Notes: generated by a model not told the origin, from the letters alone. 64,000 bases of DNA from an uncultured Chloroflexia bacterium (GCA_963774265.1 CAVZDU010000002.1:224001-288000); one strand, 5' to 3'; shown: positions 1 through 10,727, counted from the stretch's first letter. Numbers and translations are program-made.

Positions 1-1
1 C

Positions 2-1744
2 GCGTCCGATCTGCTGGGCCTCATCAAATACCTCCAACAAGGGCAGCCGCGGACGGCCCAGGGCGAGTTGGCCAAACGTGTGGCTGTCGCATTGCGCTTG
101 CGCGAACCCGAGGCTCCGACCCTGCCGCCCATTGACATCGAGATTGACAACGAGGCATCCGACCGCTATACGGTTCTCCAGATCAGCGCACCCGACACGC
201 CCGGCTTCCTGTATGAGTTCACCAACGCGCTTGCTTTGTCCGGGGTACATATCGCGCAGGTCTTCGTAATCTCGACGGGCAACCGTGTGCGGGATACCCT
301 CTTCGTCACCGATACGCGCGGGGAGAAAATCAGGGCCGACGCGCGACAGCGCGAACTGCGCTCCGCCACAGTTCTGATCAAACACTTCACTCATTTGCTC
401 CCCCGATCGCCCAACCCCGAATCGGCCCTTCTTCATTTCCACGAATACCTGGGAGAACTGTTCAGCCGCTCCTCCTGGCCAGGTGAACTGGCTTCTCTGG
501 AGCGGCCCGAGGTGCTCTCCGCGCTGGCCCGTCTGCTGGGGGTCTCCGAGTTTCTGTGGGACGACTTCCTGCGCATGCAGTATGAGAACCTATTCCCAGT
601 GGTGCGCGACGTCGAGTCGCTGCGCGAAGCCAAGAGACGGGAAGAACTAGACGCGGAGATCGACGCTGCGCTCCGGGGACCCGACTGGCAAGATCGTCTG
701 AATGAATTCAAGGATCGGGAGATGTTCCGCATCGATATGCGACACATCTTGGGTCAGGTGGGCAGCTTCACGGGTTTCTCGGCGGAACTGACCGATTTGG
801 CAGAGGTTGTTCTGAGGGCGGCGAGCGAACAGGTATGGCGAACTCTGGTCGCACAGCACGGCACTCCACAAGATCTCGAAGGACAGCCAGCACGCTTCGC
901 CCTGGCCGCGCTGGGCAAATGCGGTGGTCGGGAGCTGGGATTTGCTTCCGACATCGAGTTGATGTTCCTGTTCGATGGTTCAGGCGAGACGACAGGTCCG
1001 CGGATTATCCCGTCAACTGAGTTCTTCGAGAAGCTAGTGGTCGAGACCACGCGCGCGATCCGGGCGCGCCGCGAGGGCATCTTCCAAATCGATCTGCAAT
1101 TGCGGCCCTACGGAAAGGCAGGCAGTCTGGCCGTGTCTCTGGACGCGTTTCGCCGCTACTTCGCACCGACCGGCCCTGCGTGGCCTTACGAGCGGCAAGC
1201 ACTGGTCAAGCTGCGCCCGATTGCAGGGAATGTCGAACTCGAGCACGAGCTCGAGTCTCTGCGCGATAGATTCCTATATAGGGGGGCGCCTTTCGATGTG
1301 GCAGCCATGCGCGCGATGCGCGAGCGACAGTTGCGCCACCTGGTGGAAGCCGGCCGCGTGAATGCAAAGTTCAGCAAGGGCGGCATTGTGGATTTGGAGT
1401 ATATCGTCCAAGGCCTGCAGATCACACACGGACACCGTGATCCGAGCCTTCGTGTCACAAACACCGCCGAGGCCATCCACGCGCTTGCGAACATCGGGGT
1501 GATCTCAACCGAAAACGCGGCGCGACTCAGTGAGGCATTGATCTTCCTTCAGAACCTGATCAATGCGCTGCGGATGGTGCGGGGAAATACCAAGGATCTG
1601 ACCGTGCCGCCACCCGAGAGCGAGGAGTTCAGCTTCCTCGCCCGGCGCTTGGGGTACGGACACGACCCTGGCCGTCTCAGCGTGGCTCTGAACGAACACA
1701 TGGGGTGGGTGCAAAGACTGGAGGGACGACTATTGTCCACTTAG
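2..1744 (+). CDS. glnE: Glutamine synthetase adenylyltransferase, C-terminal part, with a GlnD-like ACT domain; 5' end outside the window
   Basis: Frame is open from position 2. Nucleotidyltransferase motif ALGKCGGRELGFASDIEL, DLQLRPYG, WPYERQALVKLR and KFSKGGIVDLEY; ACT-like segment IDNEASDRYTVLQISAPDTPGFLY. Confidence 0.9.
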   Translation, partial: ASDLLGLIKYLQQGQPRTAQGELAKRVAVALRLREPEAPTLPPIDIEIDNEASDRYTVLQISAPDTPGFLYEFTNALALSGVHIAQVFVISTGNRVRDTLFVTDTRGEKIRADARQRELRSATVLIKHFTHLLPRSPNPESALLHFHEYLGELFSRSSWPGELASLERPEVLSALARLLGVSEFLWDDFLRMQYENLFPVVRDVESLREAKRREELDAEIDAALRGPDWQDRLNEFKDREMFRIDMRHILGQVGSFTGFSAELTDLAEVVLRAASEQVWRTLVAQHGTPQDLEGQPARFALAALGKCGGRELGFASDIELMFLFDGSGETTGPRIIPSTEFFEKLVVETTRAIRARREGIFQIDLQLRPYGKAGSLAVSLDAFRRYFAPTGPAWPYERQALVKLRPIAGNVELEHELESLRDRFLYRGAPFDVAAMRAMRERQLRHLVEAGRVNAKFSKGGIVDLEYIVQGLQITHGHRDPSLRVTNTAEAIHALANIGVISTENAARLSEALIFLQNLINALRMVRGNTKDLTVPPPESEEFSFLARRLGYGHDPGRLSVALNEHMGWVQRLEGRLLST

Positions 1745-1750
1745 TAAATT

Positions 1751-1776
1751 GAGGGCCGAGTCTGCACCCGGCCCTC
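1751..1776. terminator. Hairpin between the convergent glnE and bfr genes
   Basis: GAGGGCCGAG...CCCGGCCCTC inverted repeat. Confidence 0.55.
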
Positions 1777-1788
1777 TCTACTTCGGGT

Positions 1789-2256
1789 TCAGTCCACCTG
1801 CTCGACCAGGTAGTTCTGGATCCCCATCTGCTCGATCTGGTCTAGCTGAGCCTCCAACCAGTCGACATGATCCTCTTCGTCTGCGAGGATGCCCTCCAGC
1901 AGCACGCGCGTGCCATTGTCGCCCAGCTCCTCGGCCTGGCGGATGCCCTTGTTATACACTGCCACTGCGCCCAACTCCGAAGCCAAGTCATTTTGTAACT
2001 GCTCCGGAACGGTGCCGCCAATGTGCAGCGGGTTGAGTTGGCTGACGACTGGTTTGCCGTCGAGAAACAGGATGCGGCCGATCAGCTTCTCCGCATGCCC
2101 CATCTCGGCGATCGCCCGCTTTTCGACCGCCTCGTGCAACTCACCGTATCCCCAGTTCGCGCACATCTCAGAATGCACAATGTACTGGTTGATCGCGGTC
2201 AGCTCGTCGGCGAGCAGGGTGTTGAGTGTTGCGATGACCTCTTTGTTGCCCTTCAT
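1789..2256 (-). CDS. bfr: Bacterioferritin
   Basis: MKGNKEVI start; ferroxidase motifs ELTAINQY, EMGHAEKLIGRILFL and DEEDHVDWLE; ends GIQNYL. Confidence 0.95.
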   Translation of the reverse strand: MKGNKEVIATLNTLLADELTAINQYIVHSEMCANWGYGELHEAVEKRAIAEMGHAEKLIGRILFLDGKPVVSQLNPLHIGGTVPEQLQNDLASELGAVAVYNKGIRQAEELGDNGTRVLLEGILADEEDHVDWLEAQLDQIEQMGIQNYLVEQVD

Positions 2257-2269
2257 AGCAGCTCCTTTA

Positions 2270-3958
2270 CTATTTCTTTTTTTCCACCTTCGCCCAGGTG
2301 TCCTTAAGTCCAACAGTTCGATTGAACACCACCAACTCCGGCGTCGAGTCAGGGTCGGCACAGAAATACCCCTGCCGCAGGAACTGGAACCGATCCCCCG
2401 GCTTGCTCTCGCGGAGGCCCGGCTCCACTTTGCACCCAGTTAGCACGGTCATCGAGTTCTGACTGATGTTTGCGGTGAAGTCCTGGCCCTCTGGAACGTC
2501 GTTTGGGTCTTCCTTCGTGAACAGCGACTCATACAAGCGCACCTCCGCGTCAACCGCGTGATTGGCTGATACCCAGTGCAACGTTCCTTTAACCGTCCGG
2601 CCGTCCGGGGTTGCACCTCCACCCGATTCTGGATCATAGGTACAGCGCAGTTCAACCACATTGCCCGCCGCATCCTTGATCGCCTCGTGGCACCGGATGT
2701 AGTACCCGTGTTTCAGGCGCACCTCCCGGCCCGGCCCCAGCCTGAACCACCCTTTCGGGGCGTCCTCGCGATAGTCGTCTTGCTCAACGTAGAGCTCCCC
2801 CGAAAACGGTACCGTGCGCGTGCCCATACTCTCGTCTTCGGGGTTGTTCGTTGCGGTCACCCATTCGACCTTGCCCACTGGCCAATTCTCGATGACGACC
2901 TTGAGGGGTCGCAGGACGGCCATCACGCGCATTGCGCGACGATTCAGATCCTCCCGCACACAATGCTCGAGCAATTGGATCTCTACGACGATGTTAGATT
3001 TGGATACGCCTGTGCGTTCCATCAAATCGTTGATGGCCTCGGGTGTGTACCCGCGACGGCGCAGGCCGACCAGCGTCGGCATGCGCGGGTCATCCCAACC
3101 TTTCACAAAACCCTCATTGACCATGCGGCGCAGATATCGTTTGCTCAGGAGGGTATAGGTCAACGAGAACCGGCCGAACTCAACCTGCTGCGGACAATAG
3201 ATGCCTAATTCATTGCAGAACCATTCGTACAATGGGCGATGGTCCTCATAGCCGACATCGCACAGCGAGTGGGTAACTCCCTCGATAGAGTCAGACTGCC
3301 CATGCGCCCAGTCGTACATCGGATAGATGCACCACGCATCACCGGTGCGATGGTGCTCAGCATGGAGAATGCGGTACATGACCGGATCGCGCAGGTTGAA
3401 GTTTGGGTGCGCCATATCGATCTTGGCGCGCAGCGTGCGCGAGCCGTCAGGGAAGTCGCCTTTTTTCATCCGCGCAAACAGGTTGAGGTTCTCTTCGACC
3501 GACCGATCCCGCCAAGGACTGTTCTTGCCCGGCTCAGTCAGGGTGCCGCGATACTCGCGCACCTGCTCGGGCGACAGGTCGCACACGTACGCTTTGCCTT
3601 TGCGGATCAAATCCTGCGCCCACTCATAGAGTTGCTGGAAATAATCCGAAGCGAAAAAGAGCCGGTCGTCCCAATCCCAGCCGAGCCAGCGGATGCTCTC
3701 CATGATGGCATCGACAAATTCGGTTTCTTCCTTGACAGGATTTGTGTCGTCGAAGCGCAGGTTGCACTCCCCGCCATAGTCGCGCGCCAGGCCGAAGTCA
3801 ATAGCAATGGCCTTGGCGTGCCCTATGTGCAGATACCCGTTCGGCTCGGGCGGGAAACGCGTACGCACGCGGCCGCCGAAACGACCCGTCCGATTGTGTT
3901 CATCGACGATTTCGTGGATAAAGTCCTTAGGAGGGAGCGTCGTCGCGACATCTGGCAT
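2270..3958 (-). CDS. glnS: Glutamine--tRNA ligase
   Basis: [47 protein letters not shown] and FQFLRQGYF. Confidence 0.95.
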   Translation of the reverse strand: MPDVATTLPPKDFIHEIVDEHNRTGRFGGRVRTRFPPEPNGYLHIGHAKAIAIDFGLARDYGGECNLRFDDTNPVKEETEFVDAIMESIRWLGWDWDDRLFFASDYFQQLYEWAQDLIRKGKAYVCDLSPEQVREYRGTLTEPGKNSPWRDRSVEENLNLFARMKKGDFPDGSRTLRAKIDMAHPNFNLRDPVMYRILHAEHHRTGDAWCIYPMYDWAHGQSDSIEGVTHSLCDVGYEDHRPLYEWFCNELGIYCPQQVEFGRFSLTYTLLSKRYLRRMVNEGFVKGWDDPRMPTLVGLRRRGYTPEAINDLMERTGVSKSNIVVEIQLLEHCVREDLNRRAMRVMAVLRPLKVVIENWPVGKVEWVTATNNPEDESMGTRTVPFSGELYVEQDDYREDAPKGWFRLGPGREVRLKHGYYIRCHEAIKDAAGNVVELRCTYDPESGGGATPDGRTVKGTLHWVSANHAVDAEVRLYESLFTKEDPNDVPEGQDFTANISQNSMTVLTGCKVEPGLRESKPGDRFQFLRQGYFCADPDSTPELVVFNRTVGLKDTWAKVEKKK

Positions 3959-4125
3959 GGAACGAACCTTCTACGGGCAACCGTGCTTGACGGGACGCAC
4001 GTTGATACGCCTGCCACTCTGCCGGGGCAAGCCAAGATGATTGTAGCACGACGCCGCTACGGGGCCAAACCTGGTTTTCTGCGCCCGGGCCGCATGGTAA
4101 CGACCGCTGCAATCAGGTGGAAGAT

Positions 4126-5247
4126 CTACGCCTGACCGATGACCACAAGCGCTTCACGCCGCAGCGAAATCCGGACCTGGTCACCGACCTGCAAGTCAAG
4201 CGGAGTATACGTGAAGCTTGCGTGGCGCACCTCGATCAGGTGCTGATTCGAGAGCAATACTTGCAGAATCCGGCCGCCCGGATGGGGGCTACTCCCCACA
4301 ATCCGGCCGGTCGCCTGGTTGTAACGGACAGCATCCACAAGGGGCCGATCGGGGTAGAGGATCTTCACATCCTCAGGCCGCACATAGGCGGTCACGCTGT
4401 TGCCTGCAGCCTCGGCCCGTGGCGGAGCCACAAGCCGGAGTCCGTCCCAATCGAGCACAAGCCCGTTCGGCGCTGCGCTCACCACTTGTGCACGAAACAA
4501 ATTAGGAATGCCCATGATCTCGGCGACGTGCTGGTTAGCCGGATAACGAAAAACGTCCGCCAATGGCCCCACCTGTTCCACACGTCCATCGCGCATTACG
4601 GCCAGCCGCTGCCCCACAGCAAACGCGTCCTCCAGGCGGTGGGTCACGTAGATCACGGCCAATCCGAACTCGCCCTGCAATGCGAGCAACTCAAGCTGCA
4701 GGCGCTGCCGGGCCGCGGCATCCAGGGCCGAAAAAGGCTCATCCAGCAGCAGCGCCCTGGGCTCAGCCGCCAGTGCGCGGGCCAAGGCTATCCGCTGCTG
4801 CTGCCCACCGGACAGCTCATGTGGGTAGTGATCGGCCAGGTGCGCAAGATTCATGCGCCCGAGGAACTCAGCCGCGCGCGCCGGCCGGCCCGGTCCTCGC
4901 AATGGATAGGCCACGTTCTCGATTGCGGTCAGATGGGGGAACAGGGCGTACTGCTGGAAGACGTAACCCACGTGACGCCGACGCGCCGGAAGGTTCACTG
5001 GCCGCGCCGTACCGTCTCGGAGAAAGAGGACTTCACCGTCGAGGGTGATACGGCCATGCTCCGGCTCAATCAGTCCCGCGATGGCGCTCAGAGTAGTGGA
5101 CTTGCCAGAACCCGAGGGCCCAAAAAGAACCAAAATCTCGGCACCCACCTCCAGCCGCACGTGGAGGCGGAAATCAGGCCGATGCACCGTGAACTCAGCG
5201 TCCAGCCGGGGTACGGCAGCAGCGCGCTCACTGCCTTGCATCGGCAT
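4126..5247 (-). CDS. modC: Molybdate ABC transporter ATP-binding protein with TOBE domain
   Basis: Walker A GPSGSGKS, signature LSGGQQQR, LLLDEPF; directly downstream of modB. Confidence 0.8.
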   Translation of the reverse strand: MPMQGSERAAAVPRLDAEFTVHRPDFRLHVRLEVGAEILVLFGPSGSGKSTTLSAIAGLIEPEHGRITLDGEVLFLRDGTARPVNLPARRRHVGYVFQQYALFPHLTAIENVAYPLRGPGRPARAAEFLGRMNLAHLADHYPHELSGGQQQRIALARALAAEPRALLLDEPFSALDAAARQRLQLELLALQGEFGLAVIYVTHRLEDAFAVGQRLAVMRDGRVEQVGPLADVFRYPANQHVAEIMGIPNLFRAQVVSAAPNGLVLDWDGLRLVAPPRAEAAGNSVTAYVRPEDVKILYPDRPLVDAVRYNQATGRIVGSSPHPGGRILQVLLSNQHLIEVRHASFTYTPLDLQVGDQVRISLRREALVVIGQA

Positions 5248-5248
5248 G

Positions 5249-5926
5249 TCACCCTTCCTGGGCCGCAAGCGGTGCGGTGCGGGGTCGCCTGGGATGTTCA
5301 AATCGACGCACAGCCCAGAGGCTCAAAAAGGCCAGGGCTGTCATCAAGACCACCATGCCGTTGGCCTGCGCGTAGCTGCGATTCTGCACGGCATCATAGA
5401 TGGCCAACGGCAGCGTTTGTGTCCGGCCCGGGATGTTGCCTGCCACCATCAGCGTAGCGCCGAATTCACCCAGCGCCCGCGCCGCGGCCAACACGACTCC
5501 CGCCAGAATGCCGCGTCGCGCGAGCGGGAGCGTTACGCGCCAGAGCACTTCGAATTCCGAAGAGCCCAACGTGCGCGCAGCATTTTCCAACGCGGGATCG
5601 ACGCCTGCAATGGCGGCACGCGCCGATTGCACCAGGAGCGGCAGGCCGACAATCGCGGATGCGATGGTTGCGGCGCCCCAAGTGAAGAGGATACGCCATC
5701 CAAACCACTCCACGACCGGGCTGTCGCGGCCCAATGCCAGCAGCAGGTAGTAGCCGACTACGGTGGGCGGCAGCACCAGCGGCAGATTGACCAGTGCTTC
5801 CACCATCGTGGCCCCGCGGAAGCGCCGCCGCGCCAACAGCAGCGCCAACGGCAGTCCCCCCATCACCATCAGGCACAGTGCCACGGCTGTCACCTTGAGT
5901 GACAGCAAGAGCGGCTGCCAGATCAT
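5249..5926 (-). CDS. modB: Molybdate ABC transporter permease
   Basis: LPLVLPPTVVGYYLL, ARALGEFGATLMVAGNIPGRTQTLPLAIY. Confidence 0.92.
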   Translation of the reverse strand: MIWQPLLLSLKVTAVALCLMVMGGLPLALLLARRRFRGATMVEALVNLPLVLPPTVVGYYLLLALGRDSPVVEWFGWRILFTWGAATIASAIVGLPLLVQSARAAIAGVDPALENAARTLGSSEFEVLWRVTLPLARRGILAGVVLAAARALGEFGATLMVAGNIPGRTQTLPLAIYDAVQNRSYAQANGMVVLMTALAFLSLWAVRRFEHPRRPRTAPLAAQEG

Positions 5927-6178
5927 TGTATCTCCTCGCCGGCCAATACAAAGCCGACCTTGCGCATGATCGGTCCACCCCGGGGCCCGTTGACGAACTC
6001 GGCCGTGTTCTCCGCATTTTACCATAGGGTGAGGCGCTCGTGCGGGTTGAGACGGCCAAGGTGAGGCGAATGATGCCGCGATTGTAAGCCAAAACGCAGC
6101 AAACAACGCTCGTTGGCGTACATCCTATGGCTGTGGTTTTAGTTCGCTCAGCTTCAGACCAAACAGGGAGATTGTAAA

Positions 6179-6337
6179 ATGGAATTCGAAGGCTACTGTG
6201 TCAAGTGCCGCGAAAAGCGGCAAGTCAAGAACGGCGAGGTCAAGGAGACCCCCAACGGACGGAAGATGGCCCAGGGCGTCTGCCCGAAGTGCGGAACCAA
6301 GGTCACACGTTTTCTAGCGGCAAAGAAAGCAGGCTGA
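6179..6337 (+). CDS. Small basic zinc-ribbon protein (DUF5679-like), 52 aa
   Basis: Not in the ORF track. MEFEGYCVKCREKRQVKNGEVKETPNGRKMAQGVCPKCGTKVTRFLAAKKAG, with a GGGAG RBS upstream. Confidence 0.85.
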   Translation: MEFEGYCVKCREKRQVKNGEVKETPNGRKMAQGVCPKCGTKVTRFLAAKKAG

Positions 6338-6442
6338 TCCCAAACAGGGATGCCACGGAATAAGAGAAGCCAGGTTTCACCTTCCGGTAGAAACCTGGCT
6401 CCTCTTTTCGGGTCCCGGCAACGCGCCGGCCCCAGCAAGCAC

Positions 6443-8425
6443 TTACGGCTGAGCCGCGTGGCGGAACTGCGTTTCGTACAGGGCAGCATACAGGCCGCCC
6501 TGAGCCAGTAGCTCTGCGTGGGTCCCGCGCTCAACCAGGCGTCCTTTCTCAAGCACCAAGATCACATCTGCTGCCAAGATGGTGCTGAGCCGATGGGCGA
6601 TCACCAGGCTGGTCCGCCCCTCCATGATCCGCTCGAGCGCCTCCTGAATCAGGGCCTCAGACTGGCTGTCGAGTGACGATGTCGCCTCATCCAGAACCAG
6701 GATACGTGGATCCTTAAGGATCACGCGCGCAATAGCCACCCGCTGCTTTTCGCCACCCGACAGCCTGTATCCACGGTTGCCAACCACTGTGTCATATCCC
6801 TCAGGCATGTCCATGATGTAGTCGTGGATGTTTGCCGCCCGGCATGCGGCCTCGATCTCAGCATCCGTCGCGTCTGACCGCGCATACAGCAAATTCGCGC
6901 GGATGGTGTCATTGAAGAGATAGGTTTCCTGGGTCACCATGCCAATCTGGCTTGCCAGGGTTTCCAGGGTCAGGTTGCGCAGATCGTGGCCATCGATGCA
7001 GATCGTCCCCCCGGTCGGATCATACAGCCGCGGCAACAGATAGGTGATCGTCGTCTTTCCCGCACCACTTGGGCCCACCAGCGCGGCCAGTTGCCCAGGC
7101 CTCACCTCGAACGACACATCGCGCAGCGCCCAACGCATCCCCTGTAAGGCCTCGCCCTCGTCGCCTTCTGAAGCGCTCAGAGCGTCACCCCTGGCCTCGC
7201 GCTTCACCAATTTCCCGCCCTCCTGCGACAGTGGCACGTCCATCCCCCGACCGCCCCAACCGAATCGGGCCACTTCGGTGAGACCTACAGCCCCAACGTC
7301 GGGCACGTTCTCGCCAGGTTGATAGCTGAATGAGACGTCTTCAAACTGCACATATCCTTGCACCTTGTCCAGTGTGAGCGCGTCCGGTTTCTCGCGGATT
7401 TCCTCGGGCAGGTCCATGACCTCAAAGACACGCTCAAAGCTCACCAGAGAAGTGGAGATGTCCATGCGCGCGTTGGTGAGCGCAGACAGCGGCCCATACA
7501 ACAAGCCCAGATACGCGGTAAACGCAATCACGGTTCCGATGGTGAAGTGCCCCTGGAGGACGAACAGGCCGCCGACCCAGAATACCACCACAGAGCCAAC
7601 TGCGCTGACCAGGCTCACCGTGAGGAAGAACCAACGCATGAGAAGGGCGTTGCGAACGCCCGCCCAACGCACCCGCTCCGCGCGCGAACGAAATCGCGCG
7701 ACCTCAGATATCGCACGGCCGAAGAGCTTGACGAGCAGCGCGCCAGAGACATTCAGCGTCTCGTCCATCATCGCATTCATTTCGGCGTTGAGCGTCATCT
7801 GCTCGCGCACCACGGCGCGCACCTGCCGGCCCAGCACGCGAGCGGGAATGAGGAAGAGCGGAAGCACTGCTGTAGCCAAGAGCGTGAGTCGCCAGTCCAA
7901 CTGCAGCATGATAACCAAGGCGCTGACCAGGGTAATGACATTGGTGAACAGGTCGACGAAGGTGCCCGACACTGCACGCTGAGCGCCGATGACGTCGTTG
8001 TTCAGCCGCGACATGAGTTCACCCGTCTTGGTGTTCGTGAAAAAACGTAGTGACATGGTGTGCAGATGGCTGAACAGCGCGGTGCGCAAATCGCTGATGA
8101 TCCCCTCGCCCACCGTTGCGCTGAGATATCGCTGCGCCACTCCCAATAATCCGGTCACCAGCGGCACGGCGAGCATTCCCAGGGCCAACATGGTCAACCG
8201 CCGCAGATCCCGGTCCGGCAGTGCCCGATCGATCAGGTCCCGGGTTAACAACGGCGGAATCAAGTTTAGCCCCGTAGTCACCAGGATCAATGCCAACATC
8301 ACCGCTATCCGGCCTGCGTACGGCTGCGCATACCGCAGCGCCCGGCGCAGGAGCGGTCCGCTGATTGCAGGTCGATCCACCTTCTCGTCGTATCGGATGA
8401 AACTCCACCACCCGCCGTCGTGCAT
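6443..8425 (-). CDS. ABC transporter, fused permease/ATP-binding exporter (MsbA/MdlB-like)
   Basis: N-terminal transmembrane domain; GPSGAGKT, LSGGEKQR, LVLDEATS, IAHRLST. Confidence 0.92.
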   Translation of the reverse strand: MHDGGWWSFIRYDEKVDRPAISGPLLRRALRYAQPYAGRIAVMLALILVTTGLNLIPPLLTRDLIDRALPDRDLRRLTMLALGMLAVPLVTGLLGVAQRYLSATVGEGIISDLRTALFSHLHTMSLRFFTNTKTGELMSRLNNDVIGAQRAVSGTFVDLFTNVITLVSALVIMLQLDWRLTLLATAVLPLFLIPARVLGRQVRAVVREQMTLNAEMNAMMDETLNVSGALLVKLFGRAISEVARFRSRAERVRWAGVRNALLMRWFFLTVSLVSAVGSVVVFWVGGLFVLQGHFTIGTVIAFTAYLGLLYGPLSALTNARMDISTSLVSFERVFEVMDLPEEIREKPDALTLDKVQGYVQFEDVSFSYQPGENVPDVGAVGLTEVARFGWGGRGMDVPLSQEGGKLVKREARGDALSASEGDEGEALQGMRWALRDVSFEVRPGQLAALVGPSGAGKTTITYLLPRLYDPTGGTICIDGHDLRNLTLETLASQIGMVTQETYLFNDTIRANLLYARSDATDAEIEAACRAANIHDYIMDMPEGYDTVVGNRGYRLSGGEKQRVAIARVILKDPRILVLDEATSSLDSQSEALIQEALERIMEGRTSLVIAHRLSTILAADVILVLEKGRLVERGTHAELLAQGGLYAALYETQFRHAAQP

Positions 8426-8494
8426 GCTCGCGCCCCTCTCTGGTTGACAATACCGGAGCCATCATAACTGTCTGCCTGCGCCAGGTCAACCCGC

Positions 8495-8538
8495 CGAGCG
8501 AGCGTGCGATCGAGCGAGCGTGCGATCGTGCGAGCGAT
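8495..8538. repeat. Degenerate tetranucleotide tandem repeat (11 CG-initiated units) in a divergent intergenic region
   Basis: cgag cgag cgtg cgat cgag cgag cgtg cgat cgtg cgag cgat; includes an exact 16-bp duplication. Confidence 0.75.
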
Positions 8539-8712
8539 GCCCCATGCCGTGCGCAAAAGAGGCCAGTCCACGTCCTCAGGCGCGTTGCGGCTCTTGTGTC
8601 AAATATGACGAACGTTCTTGCCAGCCGCTCCACTTTCGATTATATTACCCTTGGAACCTCACAATTGGGCGACGACGCCCAACAGATACCTTTACCCCAA
8701 GGAGACGTGGCA

Positions 8713-9778
8713 ATGCACAAGAAGCTGTTCATCCCCGGCCCAACCGAAGTGCGGGAGGAAATCCTCCAGGCCATGGCCACCCCGATGATCGGCCACCGGT
8801 CCTCGGCTTACGCCGAATTGCATCAAAATGTCGAAACAAAGGTCAAGACCCTTCTAAACGCCAGCCGACGGGTATTCCTCTTTACCTCCGCGTCAACGGG
8901 CGTTATGGAAGGCGCCATCCGCAACTGCGTTGGGAAGAAGGTGCTCAACACCCTCAATGGTGAGTTTTCCCGGCGCTGGTTTGAAATTGCCAAGACTTGT
9001 GGCGTGCAGGCCGGGACGGTCGAGGTCGAGCCCGGGAAAGCCGTGACTCCGGAGTTGGTTGACGCGGCTCTGGCGACTGGTGAATACGACACCCTCTGCC
9101 TCACCTATAACGAAACCTCCACCGGCATCCTTGGCCCTGTGCCGGAGATCGCCAAACTGGTGCGCGAGAAGTACCCGGAAATCATCATCATGGTCGACTC
9201 CGTGTCGTGCATGGCCGGCACACCCATCGATTTTGACGGCTGGGGCCTCGACGTGTGCCTTGCGGGCGTCCAGAAATGCTTCGCACTCCCGCCCGGCTTT
9301 GCCGTCTGCGCGGTGAGTGAACGCGCCTTCGAGCGCGCCAAAACGATCCCCTTCCGCGGCTACTATTTCGACTTCATCGAGAACGAGAAGTACGCCGTCA
9401 AGTTCAACACCCCGGCCACACCCGGCATCAGCTTCTTGTTCGCCATGGACAAGCAGATGGACGCGATGTTCGCCGAAGGGCTGGAGAATCGTTATGCCGC
9501 GACACCTGGAGATGGCCCGGTACACTCGTGCATGGGGCAAGAAGCACTTTGGCCTCTTCGGTGACGAAAAGTATCTCTCACCAACCATCACCCACATCGT
9601 GAACAACGGTTTTGATTTCGGTGCGCTAAATAAAGAGCTGGGCAAGCGCGGCGCACAGATCTCCGACGGCTATGGCCCATTCAAGGGCAAGACCTTCCGC
9701 ATCGGCCACATGGGCGACTTGACCATGGAAGACGTCACGTGGCTGACTGCGCAGATTGACGATATTCTCAAGTTATAA
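8713..9778 (+). CDS. Class V PLP aminotransferase (serine-pyruvate/alanine-glyoxylate family, probably a SerC substitute); frameshift near 9499
   Basis: LFIPGPTEV, NETSTG, DSVS, GVQKCFALPPG and FRIGHMG. Frames 8596-9564 and 9317-9778 join as ENRYA|RHLEMA when one base is removed. Confidence 0.85.
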
Positions 9779-9804
9779 GAACCCACGCACTTTAGGAGAG
9801 CAAT

Positions 9805-10716
9805 ATGAAGGTCTTGGTATGTGATTCTATCTCCCCGCGTGCGGTTGAACGCATGCGCACTGCCGGACTGGATGTCGACGTCCAGGACAAAATCACGCCC
9901 GAGGATTTGCTGGAAACCATCGCACCCTATGATGCCATAGTCGTGCGCTCCCGAACCAAGGTTCGCAAACCAGTCATCGACAGAGCGTCAAATCTCAAAG
10001 TCGTCGTGCGCGGCGGCGTCGGTGTGGATAATATTGACGTGGCCTACGCCGAAGCCAAGGGTATCCGCATCATGAACACGCCCGGTGCGAGCACCCAAGC
10101 CGTTGCTGAACTGACCATCGCTTACATGTTCGCACTGGCCCGGCCTCTCGTGCAGGCCACTGACTCTATGCGCGCGGGATTGTGGGAGAAATCCAAGTTC
10201 GAGGGAACCGAGGTCGCGGGCAAGGTGTTGGGCATCGTCGGCATGGGACGTATCGGCGCCGCCGTCGCGCAACGCGCTGCCGCTCTGGGCATGTTGGTCC
10301 TGGGCTATGACAGCCGCACCGTAGGCACGGCTCCCTACATGCATATGGTCGAGTTGGATGAGTTGTACCAGAAGGCCGACTTTATCACGCTTCACATTCC
10401 ACTCAACGAATCGTCCAAACACATGCTTAACGCCGAAATCCTCGCCAAAATGAAGAAAGGCGTGCGGATTATCGACTGTGCGCGCGGGGGCGTTATCGAT
10501 GAGACTGCGCTCTACGACGCGATTGTGGCGGGTCAGGTGGCCGGCGCCGCTCTGGACGTCTTCGAGAACGAGCCCTTGACCGATCGTAAGCTCTTCGAAT
10601 TGCCCCAGGTTATCGGCTCGCCTCATATCGGCGCGGGCACTAAGGAGGCTACCGGCCGGATCGGAGATGAAGTAGCCGATCTGCTGATCCAGGTCAGCCA
10701 GGAACCGTGTAGTTAG
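9805..10716 (+). CDS. serA: D-3-phosphoglycerate dehydrogenase (short type, no ACT domain) / D-2-hydroxyacid dehydrogenase
   Basis: GVGVDNIDV, GIVGMGRIG, CARGGVIDE, AALDVFENEP and SPHIGAGT; context with the aminotransferase and DUF1015. Confidence 0.8.
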   Translation: MKVLVCDSISPRAVERMRTAGLDVDVQDKITPEDLLETIAPYDAIVVRSRTKVRKPVIDRASNLKVVVRGGVGVDNIDVAYAEAKGIRIMNTPGASTQAVAELTIAYMFALARPLVQATDSMRAGLWEKSKFEGTEVAGKVLGIVGMGRIGAAVAQRAAALGMLVLGYDSRTVGTAPYMHMVELDELYQKADFITLHIPLNESSKHMLNAEILAKMKKGVRIIDCARGGVIDETALYDAIVAGQVAGAALDVFENEPLTDRKLFELPQVIGSPHIGAGTKEATGRIGDEVADLLIQVSQEPCS

Positions 10717-10727
10717 TGGTTTTGTTT

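Noticed and set aside
4117-5457. Long antisense ORFs (also 13055-15376, 40550-42388, 26096-27331 and others)
   Set aside because: They are shadow frames of GC-rich genes with clear homologues on the opposite strand and have no motifs of their own.
4126-5926. Missing modA as a sign of a novel transporter
   Set aside because: Binding-protein genes are often unlinked, and this cannot be judged from one window.
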